NCBI GenBank assembly: GCA_963841435.1
Contig: CAWJCS010000006.1
Span: forward strand, 672,001 to 736,000
Reading direction: 5' to 3'
DNA from: an uncultured delta proteobacterium
GTDB taxonomy: Bacteria > Myxococcota_A > Polyangia > Polyangiales > Polyangiaceae
Length of the DNA stretch: 64,000 bases
This document shows positions 39,246-49,150 of the stretch, in pieces; within the stretch, counting starts at the first letter, position 1; each line of letters starts with the position of its first letter. The position numbers were made by a program, and so were the translations under genes. The notes beneath the pieces are model-generated. The model was not told the DNA's origin. It worked only from the letters and a program-made list of their open reading frames with translations, and ran no database searches.

Positions 39246-39665
39246 ATGCCGCTGCCGACGATCGTCGTTGCAGGAAACGATCACGATCTTCGCGCCTTCG
39301 TGGCGCGCACTCTCGAAAGTGTCGGCTACCCCGTGCTCGCGTTCGCCCTCAACGAGCGACTGCCGTCGGCGTGCGAGTCGAACCTTTCCGAGATCGGCGC
39401 CATCGTGCTCGACTTCGAGCTCCCCAGCATGACGGGCCTCGACCTCCTGTCCCGCATCCACCGGCTCAAGTCGTCGCTCCCCACCATTTTGTTGTCGACC
39501 GGTAGTGGCGGTCACATCAAGCGTCAGGTGTCCCTGCCGCCGGACACGGCCGTGCTCCAGAAGCCGTTTCTCCCCGCGGAGTTGCTCGTCGAGGTCGACT
39601 CCGCGCTACGGGCGCTCACTCTGCTCGGCGTCGATACGGGTAGCTACTCTCGCGCTGTGCCTTGA
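39246..39665 (+). CDS. Single-domain response regulator receiver (atypical acidic pocket)
   Basis: TIVVAGND, IVLDFELPSMTGLDLL, ILLST and LQKPF; only the C-terminal part of ORF 38640..39665 looks coding. Confidence 0.75.
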   Translation: MPLPTIVVAGNDHDLRAFVARTLESVGYPVLAFALNERLPSACESNLSEIGAIVLDFELPSMTGLDLLSRIHRLKSSLPTILLSTGSGGHIKRQVSLPPDTAVLQKPFLPAELLVEVDSALRALTLLGVDTGSYSRAVP

Positions 39666-39813
39666 AGGCGACGGGAGCTCGCCGTTCGGGCCCGCGACGC
39701 GGCGAGTCGCTTCCTCGGCGAAACGGGCCGTCTTCCCTGGCCCGGATCGCCGCCTTGCGCTCTTTCGTAGGCGGCGACGCGCTCGGAGACCGGGCGTGGT
39801 ATATTGAGGGCTC

Positions 39814-41163
39814 GTGCTTCGACCCGCCGCTTGCCTTCGTGCCGCGTCGATCCTTGTGGCTGTCTTCGGACCCACGCTCGCGTGTAGCCCCGCCGCGAAG
39901 GACTCGGACACCACGGGCGGCGTTGGCGGCAGCGCCGCTTCGGGCGCGGGTACCGGCGCGACGATGGGCGGTGGAGCGCCCGGCGGAAGCGCGGGAGCCT
40001 CGAGCGGCGGAGCGTCGGGAACGGCTGCGGGACTCGGCGGCGGCGGCGGCGTGGGCGCGGGCGCGGGCGGTGTGGGTGCAGCCGGCGGAAGCGCCGGGTC
40101 AGTCGGGGGGTTCGGCGGTGCGGCCGGGCTCGGCGGCGGCGCTGGCGATGGTGGTGCTTCGGGTACCGGCGCCGCCGGAACGAGCGGTGACGCGGGTGGC
40201 GGTGCGGGTGGCGCTGCAGGGGCGAGCGGTTCCGCCGGCGATGCCGGCATGGCCGGCAGCGCCGGCGCGGGGGGTGGCAGTGGTCTGCACGGCGGTGCCT
40301 CGGGGGCCTTCGTTTGCGCGCCGGGCGCCACCTACGGTGACCCACTCGCCGGCATGGGCGCCGTCACCGTCATCGGCCCTCCCACGATGGGGACGCCGAA
40401 CTACTTCGCTTTTCTCGAGGGCCCGGTCTGGATCGCGAGCTTGCAGACGCTCTTCTTCTCGGACAATGCCTCCCAGCCCGCCGAGACGATCTGGCAGCTC
40501 GTCCCCGCCACCAGCATGGTCCCCTCCGTGTTCCAGGCACAGAGCTATAGCAACGGGCTCGCCCTCGACGGCGACGATCAGCTCATCATCACCGACGAGG
40601 TGAACAATCGCATCACCCGCCTCGATCCCACGTCGAGCGCCCCGATGCAGACGCTGATCGTCGCCGCCGGCTGCAAGCCGAACGACATCGTCGTGAGGAG
40701 CGACGGCAACATCTACTATACCGCGCCGAACGGCCAGGGGACCGGTTTTTACCGCATCGATCCCAACGGGGCCGTCACCGGGCCGCGCACTGACGTCGGC
40801 GCGCCGAACGGTATCGTGCTCTCTCCGGACGAGGCGACGCTCTACGTGGACGACGTGCAGAACATGAAGATCGCCTCGTTCGCCGTCGCGTCCGACGGCA
40901 CCGTTTCGGCGACGGCGACGCCCTTCGTGACGACCGTATCGAGCACGGCCGACGGCATGTGCGTCGACTGCGCCGGCAACCTCTACGTCGGCACGTCGAA
41001 CGGCGTCGAGGTTTTCTCGCCGACCGGCAGCCCGATCGGCGTGGTGCCCACCGGCTACTCCTCGAACTGCACGTTCGGCGGTCCCGACAGAAAGACGCTC
41101 TACGCGACGTCCCAGGGTCAGCTCAAGGCCGTGACGCTCGGCGTCCCGGGATTGCCCGACTAG
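39814..41163 (+). CDS. SMP-30/gluconolactonase-family lipoprotein with Gly-rich linker
   Basis: Lipobox TLAC; Gly linker; FLEGPVW, SNGLA, PND, PNGIVLSPD, ADGMCVDCAGNLYV and NCTFGG. Confidence 0.9.
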   Translation: MLRPAACLRAASILVAVFGPTLACSPAAKDSDTTGGVGGSAASGAGTGATMGGGAPGGSAGASSGGASGTAAGLGGGGGVGAGAGGVGAAGGSAGSVGGFGGAAGLGGGAGDGGASGTGAAGTSGDAGGGAGGAAGASGSAGDAGMAGSAGAGGGSGLHGGASGAFVCAPGATYGDPLAGMGAVTVIGPPTMGTPNYFAFLEGPVWIASLQTLFFSDNASQPAETIWQLVPATSMVPSVFQAQSYSNGLALDGDDQLIITDEVNNRITRLDPTSSAPMQTLIVAAGCKPNDIVVRSDGNIYYTAPNGQGTGFYRIDPNGAVTGPRTDVGAPNGIVLSPDEATLYVDDVQNMKIASFAVASDGTVSATATPFVTTVSSTADGMCVDCAGNLYVGTSNGVEVFSPTGSPIGVVPTGYSSNCTFGGPDRKTLYATSQGQLKAVTLGVPGLPD

Positions 41164-41266
41164 CTCGGTTTCCCGGGCACGTGACCACCGGCGCGAGCCG
41201 GCTGGTGCGGGGTGCGGGCGTGATCGGTGATTGGCGCCGGCGGGCTCGCGCAACTTCTCGCTCATC

Positions 41267-43285
41267 ATGTCATGCTGGCCCCACCAGAGCCTCTGGCGAG
41301 GCGTGCTTGTCGCATCGTCGGCCGTCGTGCTCGTGGCCTGCGGCGACGAGGGCCCGCAGGGCTCCTCTGCGGCGGGTGGGCAGGGAGCGAACGGTGGCGG
41401 CTCGGGTGCGGCGGCGGCCGGCACCGCCGGTAGCCTCGCTGGCACGGGCGGGGAGAGTGGCGGCGCCGCGCGCGGCGGTGTCGGCGGAGCGGCGGGCAAC
41501 GCGGCCGGAGCGAGTGGCAGCGCCGCGGTGAGTGGCGCCGCGGGCGCGGGGGCCTCCGGGGGCGGTTCGGGAGGTGTCGGTGGCGCAGCGGGGGGACTGG
41601 GCGGCAATGGGGGTAGCGCCGGCGCACAGGCGGGGAGCGGCGCGGGCGGCATGGCGGGCGACGCGGGGAGCGGCGCCGGGACCGCCGGTGGTGGCGTGGC
41701 AGGCGCCGCGGGAGCGGCGGGCACGGGCGGCGGCTCGGGAGTCTGCGCACCGGGCGCGTCGAGCGCCTTCTACGTGGACGCGGTGAACGGTGACGACGCT
41801 GCCGACGGGCGAAGCGAGAGCACGGCGTGGCGCTCGCTCGCCAAGGTCAACGTGACGACGTTCTCGCCGGGTGACGAGCTTTGCTTCCGCGCCGGCGGTT
41901 CCTTCACGGGCTCCCTCCACCCGCTCGGCTCGGGCACACTCGCGGCACCGATCGTCATCGGCAGCTACGGCACGGGCGAGATGCCGAAGTTTGTCGCGGG
42001 CGCGAGCGATCTCGACACCGTTCTGCTCTTGAACCAGTCGTACTGGGAGGTCAACGGCCTCGAGGTCACGAACGAGAAGAGCTCGCTCGGTGACGTGCGC
42101 GGCATCGCGATCCGCGGCAGCAACGCGGGGACGCTGTCGCACATTTACGTCCGCGGCTGCCACGTCCACGACGTGACGGGCGTGGTGAACTGGATCGGCG
42201 GCGATACGGCGGACAACGCGCCGGGCGTGACGTTCCAGACCGGCTGGGACGCCTCCAAACGCACGGGCGGCATCGTCGTCGAGGTCGACGCGAAGAACGG
42301 CACGTCTCAAAAGACCAAGTTCGACGACGTGCGCATCGAGAACAACGTCATCGAGGACACCTCCTTCGGAGGCATCATCCTGAAGCAGCTCGACGGTACC
42401 GTGCACTGGGGCGTCAGGAGCTCGAAGAGCGACTCGACCTGGACGCCCCATACCAACGTCGTCATTCGCAACAACTACCTGAGCCAGACGGGCACGAGCT
42501 ACGGCTGCAACACCATTTACGTCACCGACGTTCAGGATGGGCTCGTCGAGGGCAACGTCACGAAGGGCTCGGGTACCTCGGCCATCGAGCTTTACTATAC
42601 GGATCGCGTCACCGTGCAGCACAACGAGACGTTCGGCACGGTACGCAAGGCTTCGGGCGCCGACTACAACGGCATCGACTCGGACAAGGCGAGCACGGGC
42701 ACGATCATCCAGTACAACTACGTTCACGACAACGGCGACGGCATCTTGCTCGCGCAGTTTTCCTTCGGCGATTCGGTGATTCGCTACAACCTGATCGTCA
42801 ACAACAGTCGTTATGGCATCAATCTGCACTCGGACACGTCCGCCACGAACGCCACCTACAACAACCTATTTTTCGCCGAGGGCCTCGCCAGCGCCTCTCT
42901 CGTCAGCACCTCGGGCGACGGCAGCGCTCTGGCCGCGACTTACGTCATCAGCAACAACATCCTTCATACCACCCGCACGTCCGACGCCGCCCGAACGGGT
43001 AGCGGTGTGACGTATCGCAACAACCTGTACAGCGGGCTGCCCGCCGTCGCGGGTGACAGCGGAGCCAAGACCGGTAACCCGATGTTCGTGAACCCGGGCG
43101 CCCGACAGAATGGCGATCAGAGTGGCCCGGCCTTCGCGTCGCTCACCGGCTTCGCGCTCATGGCGGGCTCTCCGGCGCTGAACGCCGGAGTCACGATCGC
43201 CGACAACGGAGGCATGGACTTCTTCGGCACCGCACTCTACGTCGGCGCGCCGGACATCGGTCCGTACGAAGCTCAGAGCCCATGA
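41267..43285 (+). CDS. Right-handed parallel beta-helix lipoprotein (pectin-lyase-like fold) with Gly-rich linker
   Basis: Lipobox VLVAC; Gly linker; FYVDAVNGDD..DG.S..AWRSL.KVN; Asn-ladder repeats (IQYNYVHDN, IRYNLIVNN); ends PDIGPYE. Confidence 0.8.
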   Translation: MSCWPHQSLWRGVLVASSAVVLVACGDEGPQGSSAAGGQGANGGGSGAAAAGTAGSLAGTGGESGGAARGGVGGAAGNAAGASGSAAVSGAAGAGASGGGSGGVGGAAGGLGGNGGSAGAQAGSGAGGMAGDAGSGAGTAGGGVAGAAGAAGTGGGSGVCAPGASSAFYVDAVNGDDAADGRSESTAWRSLAKVNVTTFSPGDELCFRAGGSFTGSLHPLGSGTLAAPIVIGSYGTGEMPKFVAGASDLDTVLLLNQSYWEVNGLEVTNEKSSLGDVRGIAIRGSNAGTLSHIYVRGCHVHDVTGVVNWIGGDTADNAPGVTFQTGWDASKRTGGIVVEVDAKNGTSQKTKFDDVRIENNVIEDTSFGGIILKQLDGTVHWGVRSSKSDSTWTPHTNVVIRNNYLSQTGTSYGCNTIYVTDVQDGLVEGNVTKGSGTSAIELYYTDRVTVQHNETFGTVRKASGADYNGIDSDKASTGTIIQYNYVHDNGDGILLAQFSFGDSVIRYNLIVNNSRYGINLHSDTSATNATYNNLFFAEGLASASLVSTSGDGSALAATYVISNNILHTTRTSDAARTGSGVTYRNNLYSGLPAVAGDSGAKTGNPMFVNPGARQNGDQSGPAFASLTGFALMAGSPALNAGVTIADNGGMDFFGTALYVGAPDIGPYEAQSP

Positions 43286-43467
43286 CGGCGTGGTGCGGCC
43301 TGTCGCGTTTTGCTTCAAACTTCTGAGGCAGGTGGGAGCCAGTCAACCGCACGTCGGGCCTCACGGGAGAGATGAAGTGCCATCGTCATGGCGTGCGGCG
43401 CGCCCGAGGCTCCTGCCTCGACGCTGGACCGTGCGGCGACTAACCTTGGTGCTCCACCGAAGGTCTG

Positions 43468-44763
43468 ATGTTCCGGGTTGCGTCGAGTTCGGGTAGCGCG
43501 CTCGTGGCGCTCGTCGTCTTGTTCGCTGGCTGCAGCGACGGGGCGGAGCCGCGCAGCAACGGTGCGGGGGGAGCGGGCGCGGGCGCGTCGGGAGCGAGCG
43601 CGGGAACTGCGCCAGCTTCGTCCGGTGTGGCGGGTGGCGGCGACGGCGCTGGCGGTCTCGCTGGCAGAGGGCAGGGTGGCAGCGGAGCGCCAACCGGCGG
43701 CGCCGCCGGCAAGGCGGGCTCAGGCGCGAGCGGCGCGGCGGGGGTCGGCGCGAGCGGCACCTCGGGCAGCGGCGCAGGCGCCGGCGGCGGCTCGGGTGGC
43801 GCCGGCGGTGCGTCGAGCGGTGCGGGCAACGGCTCGGGCGGGGACCTCGGCAACGGCGGCTCGGGCGGCGGGCCGCCCGGCAACCTGACGGCCTTTTATC
43901 TCGATGTGTCGGGGAGTGTGATGGCGGTTGACATAGCGACGCACGCCGTAAGGACCGTCGTGCCGGACGCCGGCCAGGGCCCGGACGGCATCGCCCTCGA
44001 TCTGCCGAGCGGCCACCTCTACTGGACGGGCATGGGCGTGCCGGCCAACGACGACGGGTTCATCATGCGCTCGGACCTCGACGGCAAGAACATCGTCACG
44101 ATCGTTCCCGCCGGAGGCACCCACACGCCCAAGCAGCTCAAGATCGACCACGAGCACGATAAGCTCTACTGGTCCGATCGCGAAGGCATGCGCGTCATGC
44201 GCGCGAATCTCGATGGCTCCCAGGTCGAAACGCTCGTCACGACCGGTACGACCGCCGCCGACCGCCGCGACAACTCGCGCTGGTGCGTCGGGATCGCGCT
44301 CGATCTCGAGGGGGGCTACTTTTACTGGAGCCAGAAGGGTTCGGACAACGGCCACGTCGGCTCGCTGCGTCGCGCGCCCATCACCATGCCTGCCGGCGAG
44401 GATTCGACCGATCGCAGCGACATCGAGGTGCTCTTCTCGGGGCTTCCCGAGCCCATCGACATCGACCTCGATCCAAAGAGCGCCTTCATCTACTGGACCG
44501 ACCGCGGCGACGACACGGTGAACCGCGCTCCCATCGAGATCCCCGAAGGCGCGACCGCCGACACGCGTGCCGACCGCGAAATCCTCATCGAGGGCGTGCG
44601 GGAAGCCATCGGCGTGACACTCGATCTCGACGACGGTGAGCTCTTCTTCACGGGTGGCACGCTCGGCCGCGTGGGCATGGCGAGGCTCGACGGCACGAGC
44701 CAAGTGGATCTCGCGAACGGAACGGCCGGGCTCACGGGGATCGCGCTCGCGCTGCTACCGTGA
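43468..44763 (+). CDS. YWTD (LDL-receptor class B-like) beta-propeller lipoprotein with Gly-rich linker
   Basis: Lipobox LFAGC; repeats LYWTG, LYWSD, FYWSQ, IYWTD and LFFTG with RSDLDG/RANLDG/ARLDG. Confidence 0.8.
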   Translation: MFRVASSSGSALVALVVLFAGCSDGAEPRSNGAGGAGAGASGASAGTAPASSGVAGGGDGAGGLAGRGQGGSGAPTGGAAGKAGSGASGAAGVGASGTSGSGAGAGGGSGGAGGASSGAGNGSGGDLGNGGSGGGPPGNLTAFYLDVSGSVMAVDIATHAVRTVVPDAGQGPDGIALDLPSGHLYWTGMGVPANDDGFIMRSDLDGKNIVTIVPAGGTHTPKQLKIDHEHDKLYWSDREGMRVMRANLDGSQVETLVTTGTTAADRRDNSRWCVGIALDLEGGYFYWSQKGSDNGHVGSLRRAPITMPAGEDSTDRSDIEVLFSGLPEPIDIDLDPKSAFIYWTDRGDDTVNRAPIEIPEGATADTRADREILIEGVREAIGVTLDLDDGELFFTGGTLGRVGMARLDGTSQVDLANGTAGLTGIALALLP

Positions 44764-44764
44764 G

Positions 44765-46999
44765 CTACTCCCCCGTGACGGTGATGGACTCGAGCTCGAG
44801 CGCCCCCGCGGCCCCGCCCGCGAGGACGCGCAGCGCCTGAACGCCCGCGGCGAGCATCGCGCCGGACGCGAGTGTCTCGCTGGCGAATGCTCCCTCGGTC
44901 GCCGGCAGGGCGACCTGGCCCGTCGCGTCGGTACCGCCGAAGGAAAGTGCGAGCGTGCGTCCGGCGTCCGCCGAGTAGCGAACGTCGAGCCGGTAGGCCC
45001 CCGCCGTCGGCACGTCGACCGTGTACGTGAGCCACTCGCCGGGCTCGAAGTCCGTGACGACGAGCTCCCCGTCGGAGCCGCACCGGATGTCGACATCGTC
45101 CGCGCGATAGCGTCCGCCGCCGTTGCCGGGCGAGACGTCGTGGTACGTGTGAGCCTCGCCGCTCACCGGGAAGAAGTCGAAGTTCGTCGCGCGGAGCGTC
45201 GCCGGCAGCACGGGCAGCGCGAACGCCGGCACGCCGTCGGCGAAGCCCGCCAGCGGATTGCCCGCGCAGAGCGGGGGGCGGCGGAAGGTGAGCCCGCCGA
45301 AACCCGGATGATCGAGGCTAAAGCCGATGGTTTCGGGCCCGGACTGGTCGAGGGCCACGTCGCGCGCGCGCTCGGTCCACAGCGTCTCGCTGGCCGGCGC
45401 GCCCATCCGCACCTGGAAATGCGCGAGCGCCTGCTCGAACACCGGGCGCTTGCCGGGAAAATCCCCGCGGCTCACGCCGACGAAGTCGCTTTCGAAGTGA
45501 GGGTTCACGGTCTTGGAGCGAAAGCGCCCCGTGCGATCGGTGCGCACGATGAGCTCACTTTCGGCCGGCTCCCACGGCGCTGGCTGATCCGGGAACGCGG
45601 CGATGCTGGATACGTTGTAGCGCGCCGTGAACTCGAAGCCCTTGAGCAAACGTCCATCGAGCGCGTTCCACACGCCGTCGCCCTGGTTCCACGCGACCTC
45701 GGCGATGCCCGCAGCGATGCCGAGCCCGAAGAGCGCATGCTGCTGGTCGCGCGACGACTCCTGACACTGCCCATTTTCCCAGACGTAGTGCTCGAGCACG
45801 CCATTGTAGCCAAAGTCCGGTGTCGAGCTCTCGGGTGAGTACTGGTAGGTCGTGAAGTACTCGTTGTCGTCCGTCTGCGCGCCCGAGGGCGAGGGGCCCG
45901 AGGGGTAGGGGAGATCGTCCGCGCGGTGCGACTCGCCCTCGAAGTAGCGAAGCGCCCGCTCGAACATCACGCGATTGTCCAGGAAAACCCCCATGATCAG
46001 CATCGCGCGCCAGGCGATGAGATCCTGATTGCCGTGCCGACCGGGGTCGCCGTCGACGATGCGCCAGTAGAACGTGCCGTTCGTGTCGCTCACCGACGGG
46101 GGCACCGCCGTCTGCGAATAGCCGGGGTACACGAGCATCGCGGCGAACGCGTCGCGATCGGCTTTCGCCCACCCGTCGTAGGTGCTCTGGATGATCTCCG
46201 CCGCCTCGAGAAGCTTGTACGCGAAGAGCCCTGCGTTGAGCGGGCCCGTCCCACCGGGCACGAACAGCGTGAGGTTTTTCCAGGTGTCGAAGATCTCGAT
46301 GCACTTTTCAGCGTGCCGTTCGTCCCCCGTTACCGCCCACATCAACGCATTCAGGTAGGCGGCATTGGCGTCCGACTCGAACTCGGTTCCGTGTGTTCCG
46401 CCTCGCTCGACGCTCGACCAGCTCGGGTCCCCGCGCACCGCGTACGATGGGCTCGCGTGGGGATCCGCGCGCAAGAGCTCGAACGACGCGGCCCACGGCT
46501 CGATTCCCGCCTCCACCTGCATCCGCATGCGCTCGAGATCCGAGCGCTTGTGGAGCCCGCCTGGATGCACGAACGCCTCACTATCGAGCGCCGGATCGTC
46601 AGCGCAGCTGGCCGCGCCGCCCGCGCCAGCGCCGCCCGACGCCATGCCAGCGCCGCCCGACGCCGTGCCAGCACCGTCGCCCGCTGCCCCGCCCGCGCCA
46701 CGACCGGCTTGCTCCGTGTCGCCGCCACCGCCGCCAGCGCCGACTCCGCCCGCCCCGCTCGACCCCGACTGCCCTGCGTCGCCTCCGCCCGCCCCGGCCG
46801 CCGATCCACCCGCGCCGGCCGCGGACCCCGCGCGCGCTCCGTCGCCCGAAGCGCCCGCCGTCCCGGCGGCCCCGCCCGTAGCACTCGACGACGCCGGCTG
46901 CGCGCGCGAGCCGCAGCCCGCGGCCAAGGCCGCTACAGCGAGCGCTCGAGCACCGAGACGGCGGGGCACGTCCTCATGGTTGCTCCTCCGCTGCTTCAC
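44765..46999 (-). CDS. Alginate-lyase-like (alpha/alpha toroid) lipoprotein with C-terminal CBM6-like module and Gly-rich linker
   Basis: Lipobox LAAGC; FVHPGGLH...DLERMR, HGNQD and GQCQESSRDQQH; C-terminal YHD..PGN.GG.YR.DDVDI...GEWLTYTVDVP.AG.Y. Confidence 0.8.
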   Translation of the reverse strand: MKQRRSNHEDVPRRLGARALAVAALAAGCGSRAQPASSSATGGAAGTAGASGDGARAGSAAGAGGSAAGAGGGDAGQSGSSGAGGVGAGGGGGDTEQAGRGAGGAAGDGAGTASGGAGMASGGAGAGGAASCADDPALDSEAFVHPGGLHKRSDLERMRMQVEAGIEPWAASFELLRADPHASPSYAVRGDPSWSSVERGGTHGTEFESDANAAYLNALMWAVTGDERHAEKCIEIFDTWKNLTLFVPGGTGPLNAGLFAYKLLEAAEIIQSTYDGWAKADRDAFAAMLVYPGYSQTAVPPSVSDTNGTFYWRIVDGDPGRHGNQDLIAWRAMLIMGVFLDNRVMFERALRYFEGESHRADDLPYPSGPSPSGAQTDDNEYFTTYQYSPESSTPDFGYNGVLEHYVWENGQCQESSRDQQHALFGLGIAAGIAEVAWNQGDGVWNALDGRLLKGFEFTARYNVSSIAAFPDQPAPWEPAESELIVRTDRTGRFRSKTVNPHFESDFVGVSRGDFPGKRPVFEQALAHFQVRMGAPASETLWTERARDVALDQSGPETIGFSLDHPGFGGLTFRRPPLCAGNPLAGFADGVPAFALPVLPATLRATNFDFFPVSGEAHTYHDVSPGNGGGRYRADDVDIRCGSDGELVVTDFEPGEWLTYTVDVPTAGAYRLDVRYSADAGRTLALSFGGTDATGQVALPATEGAFASETLASGAMLAAGVQALRVLAGGAAGALELESITVTGE

Positions 47000-47050
47000 G
47001 GATCGCGATTCTTCGACGGAGCCCGCGCGCCGAGCAGCGGGCGCGCTCCG

Positions 47051-47548
47051 TCAGGGGCAAATCGCGATCGAAAATTGACCGTTGACGGTGTTCTGGGCGT
47101 CGAATTCGATGAACGCGCCGCCCACGATCTCGGTCTGGCTGAGGGAGTTGACGACGATGTGGCCCTTGGTGGCGCCCAGATTGTCGTTGGTGACCGGATC
47201 GTAGAACGTTGCCGTGAGGGTGAGACCCAGGGGATGATCGCCGAGCGTCTTGGGGATGGTGAGCAAGAGCTCGCGGCCGTCGGAGATCTGCCCCGAGCAG
47301 GCGGAGATGGAGACTTCGTAGCCGGTGGCCCAGTAGCCGTCGCTGTCGGACAGGAACGCGTCGGTATCGGCGCTCACCATCGTCCACGCCCGGCCCGAGA
47401 TCAGTCCCGCGAGCGGCGTCGACTCGATGGCCGTGTCCGCGCCCGCCGCGTCGTCGTCGTCGCCGCTGCTGCTGCACGCGGCCGTGAGCGGCAAAAAAGA
47501 CACCACGAGGCACCCGAGCGCGCTCCTCGAACGTGAGATGAAAGTCAT
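47051..47548 (-). CDS. Hypothetical lipoprotein
   Basis: Lipobox LTAAC; beta-rich 165 aa ending NGQFSIAICP. Confidence 0.7.
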   Translation of the reverse strand: MTFISRSRSALGCLVVSFLPLTAACSSSGDDDDAAGADTAIESTPLAGLISGRAWTMVSADTDAFLSDSDGYWATGYEVSISACSGQISDGRELLLTIPKTLGDHPLGLTLTATFYDPVTNDNLGATKGHIVVNSLSQTEIVGGAFIEFDAQNTVNGQFSIAICP

Positions 47549-47573
47549 GCTTTCTGCCCTTCCTCTGCGAATA

Positions 47574-47885
47574 CTAAGGTGTCGGCCGATGCAACGTGAG
47601 CATCACTATGACGCTCACGAGGAGCATGAGCACCGCCGCCCCAACCCACATGGCGTTCGCGCCTCGCGGTGCACCGGCAGGCACCTTCACGGCGCGCGGC
47701 AATGTCTTCGCAGCGCGCGGGTTGGCTTCGGAGCCCGTGGGTGGGGGAGAGCCGGCCGCGGGGCGGATGGCGGGAACGCCCGGGGGCGGCGGCGGATCGC
47801 TTCGCCCCGTGCGCACGGCCATCGTGTGCTTGCTCTGCGGTGTTTCGGGAGTCGTGTCGTGCTCTGAGCCCTTGTGCTCGGCCAT
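47574..47885 (-). CDS. Small Pro-rich protein with C-terminal transmembrane helix
   Basis: RBS GAGGAG before ATG 47885; ends WVGAAVLMLLVSVIVMLTL. Confidence 0.55.
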   Translation of the reverse strand: MAEHKGSEHDTTPETPQSKHTMAVRTGRSDPPPPPGVPAIRPAAGSPPPTGSEANPRAAKTLPRAVKVPAGAPRGANAMWVGAAVLMLLVSVIVMLTLHRPTP

Positions 47886-48196
47886 GGAAAGAACTCCTCT
47901 TCGTGCGCGCCGCGTCCGCTTCGCTGGACTCCAAAGTTCGACTCCGGAGCCCTTAAGAATACGCCCATTTTCCCCACCTGGGGAACGGGCTTTTTCGACT
48001 TGATGTCGACACGTTCGTTCAGGTGACGAATTCGAGACGGCTCGGGACGACGAACGAGAGCCCAGGAAAATCGCCAGTTCGAGGCCTCCGGGTGCGGCGC
48101 GGGCCATAACCCGGGGCCGCGGGCGCGGGTCGCCGATGTGTGCGCGGGTGGGAGAGTCCGTCGGCGCGCCCCGGACGGTTCCGAGCCCTCGGGTGC

Positions 48197-49132
48197 TCAG
48201 CGCGCGCGCAGGTAGTCGCTCGGTGCCGTGCCGTGCGCCGCGCGGAACACACGGTGAAACTGTGCGTAGCTGCCGAATCCCGCCGCCCGCGCGACCTTGA
48301 TGAGGCTGTGCTCGCCGCTGTCGATGAGCTCACGGAAGCGGTCGATGCGGAGCCGATTTCGGTACTCGACGAGCGAGGTGCCGAGCTCCGACTTGAACAG
48401 GCGAACGAGCCGGCTGATGCTGATGCCGAGGGTGGCGGCAATCTCTTTGCCCGCGAGGGCCGGGTCACGCTCGAGCATCTCCACGGCTTCGCGCAGCACG
48501 GGATGCTTCGCCGTCGCCTGGCGAACGCTCGCCGCAGGGGCAGGTTGCCCGAGGGTCTGGGCAATGGCAGTCGCGACGAGCGAGCAGAGCACCGCGGCCC
48601 GGGCCTGCTTGGCTTCGTCGATGGGTGCGCCGCTCAGCGCCGGGTCGTTGTAGAGGATGCCGAGACGCTTGTGCGCCCAGCGAATTGGGGTGCACGCGAG
48701 CCAGCCCCTGCCGGCGACCTCCGTCGAGCTCTCTCTCTGCACGACGATCGGGCAGTTCTCGAGCACGGTGAAGTGCCTGCCGCTCTCGGCGCGCTCGAAC
48801 ACGTCGAGCACGCCCTCGCCGACGTCGAACATCACGTGGCGCTCGTCCGTCGTCATGCCATCGAGGCCCGTGCCGAACGTGCCAAGCATGTGGCTCTCCT
48901 GCTCGTTCATCAAAAAGATGCTCGCACGCTGAAAACCCACGTGATTTCGCGCGAGCTCGACCGCGTGACGGCAGACGGCGTCCGAGTCTCCAAGCGTCAG
49001 CAAGGTGTCGCAGGCCGAGAGCAGGCTCGCGATGTCGCTCTTTGGCGCGCTCGTCACGAGCACCGGCTCCGGCGCCCGTTTGCCGAGAATCACCGACCAA
49101 TCAACCGAGCGACGAGCCACCACGAAATTCAC
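48197..49132 (-). CDS. AraC-family regulator with N-terminal GAF-like domain
   Basis: GAF-like GFQRASIFL..CTPI...LGILYND; HTH SISRLVRLFKSELG and AAGFGSYAQFHRVF...G.APSDY. Start uncertain. Confidence 0.85.
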   Translation of the reverse strand: MNFVVARRSVDWSVILGKRAPEPVLVTSAPKSDIASLLSACDTLLTLGDSDAVCRHAVELARNHVGFQRASIFLMNEQESHMLGTFGTGLDGMTTDERHVMFDVGEGVLDVFERAESGRHFTVLENCPIVVQRESSTEVAGRGWLACTPIRWAHKRLGILYNDPALSGAPIDEAKQARAAVLCSLVATAIAQTLGQPAPAASVRQATAKHPVLREAVEMLERDPALAGKEIAATLGISISRLVRLFKSELGTSLVEYRNRLRIDRFRELIDSGEHSLIKVARAAGFGSYAQFHRVFRAAHGTAPSDYLRAR

Positions 49133-49150
49133 CTCAGGCTAGCAGTTTTT

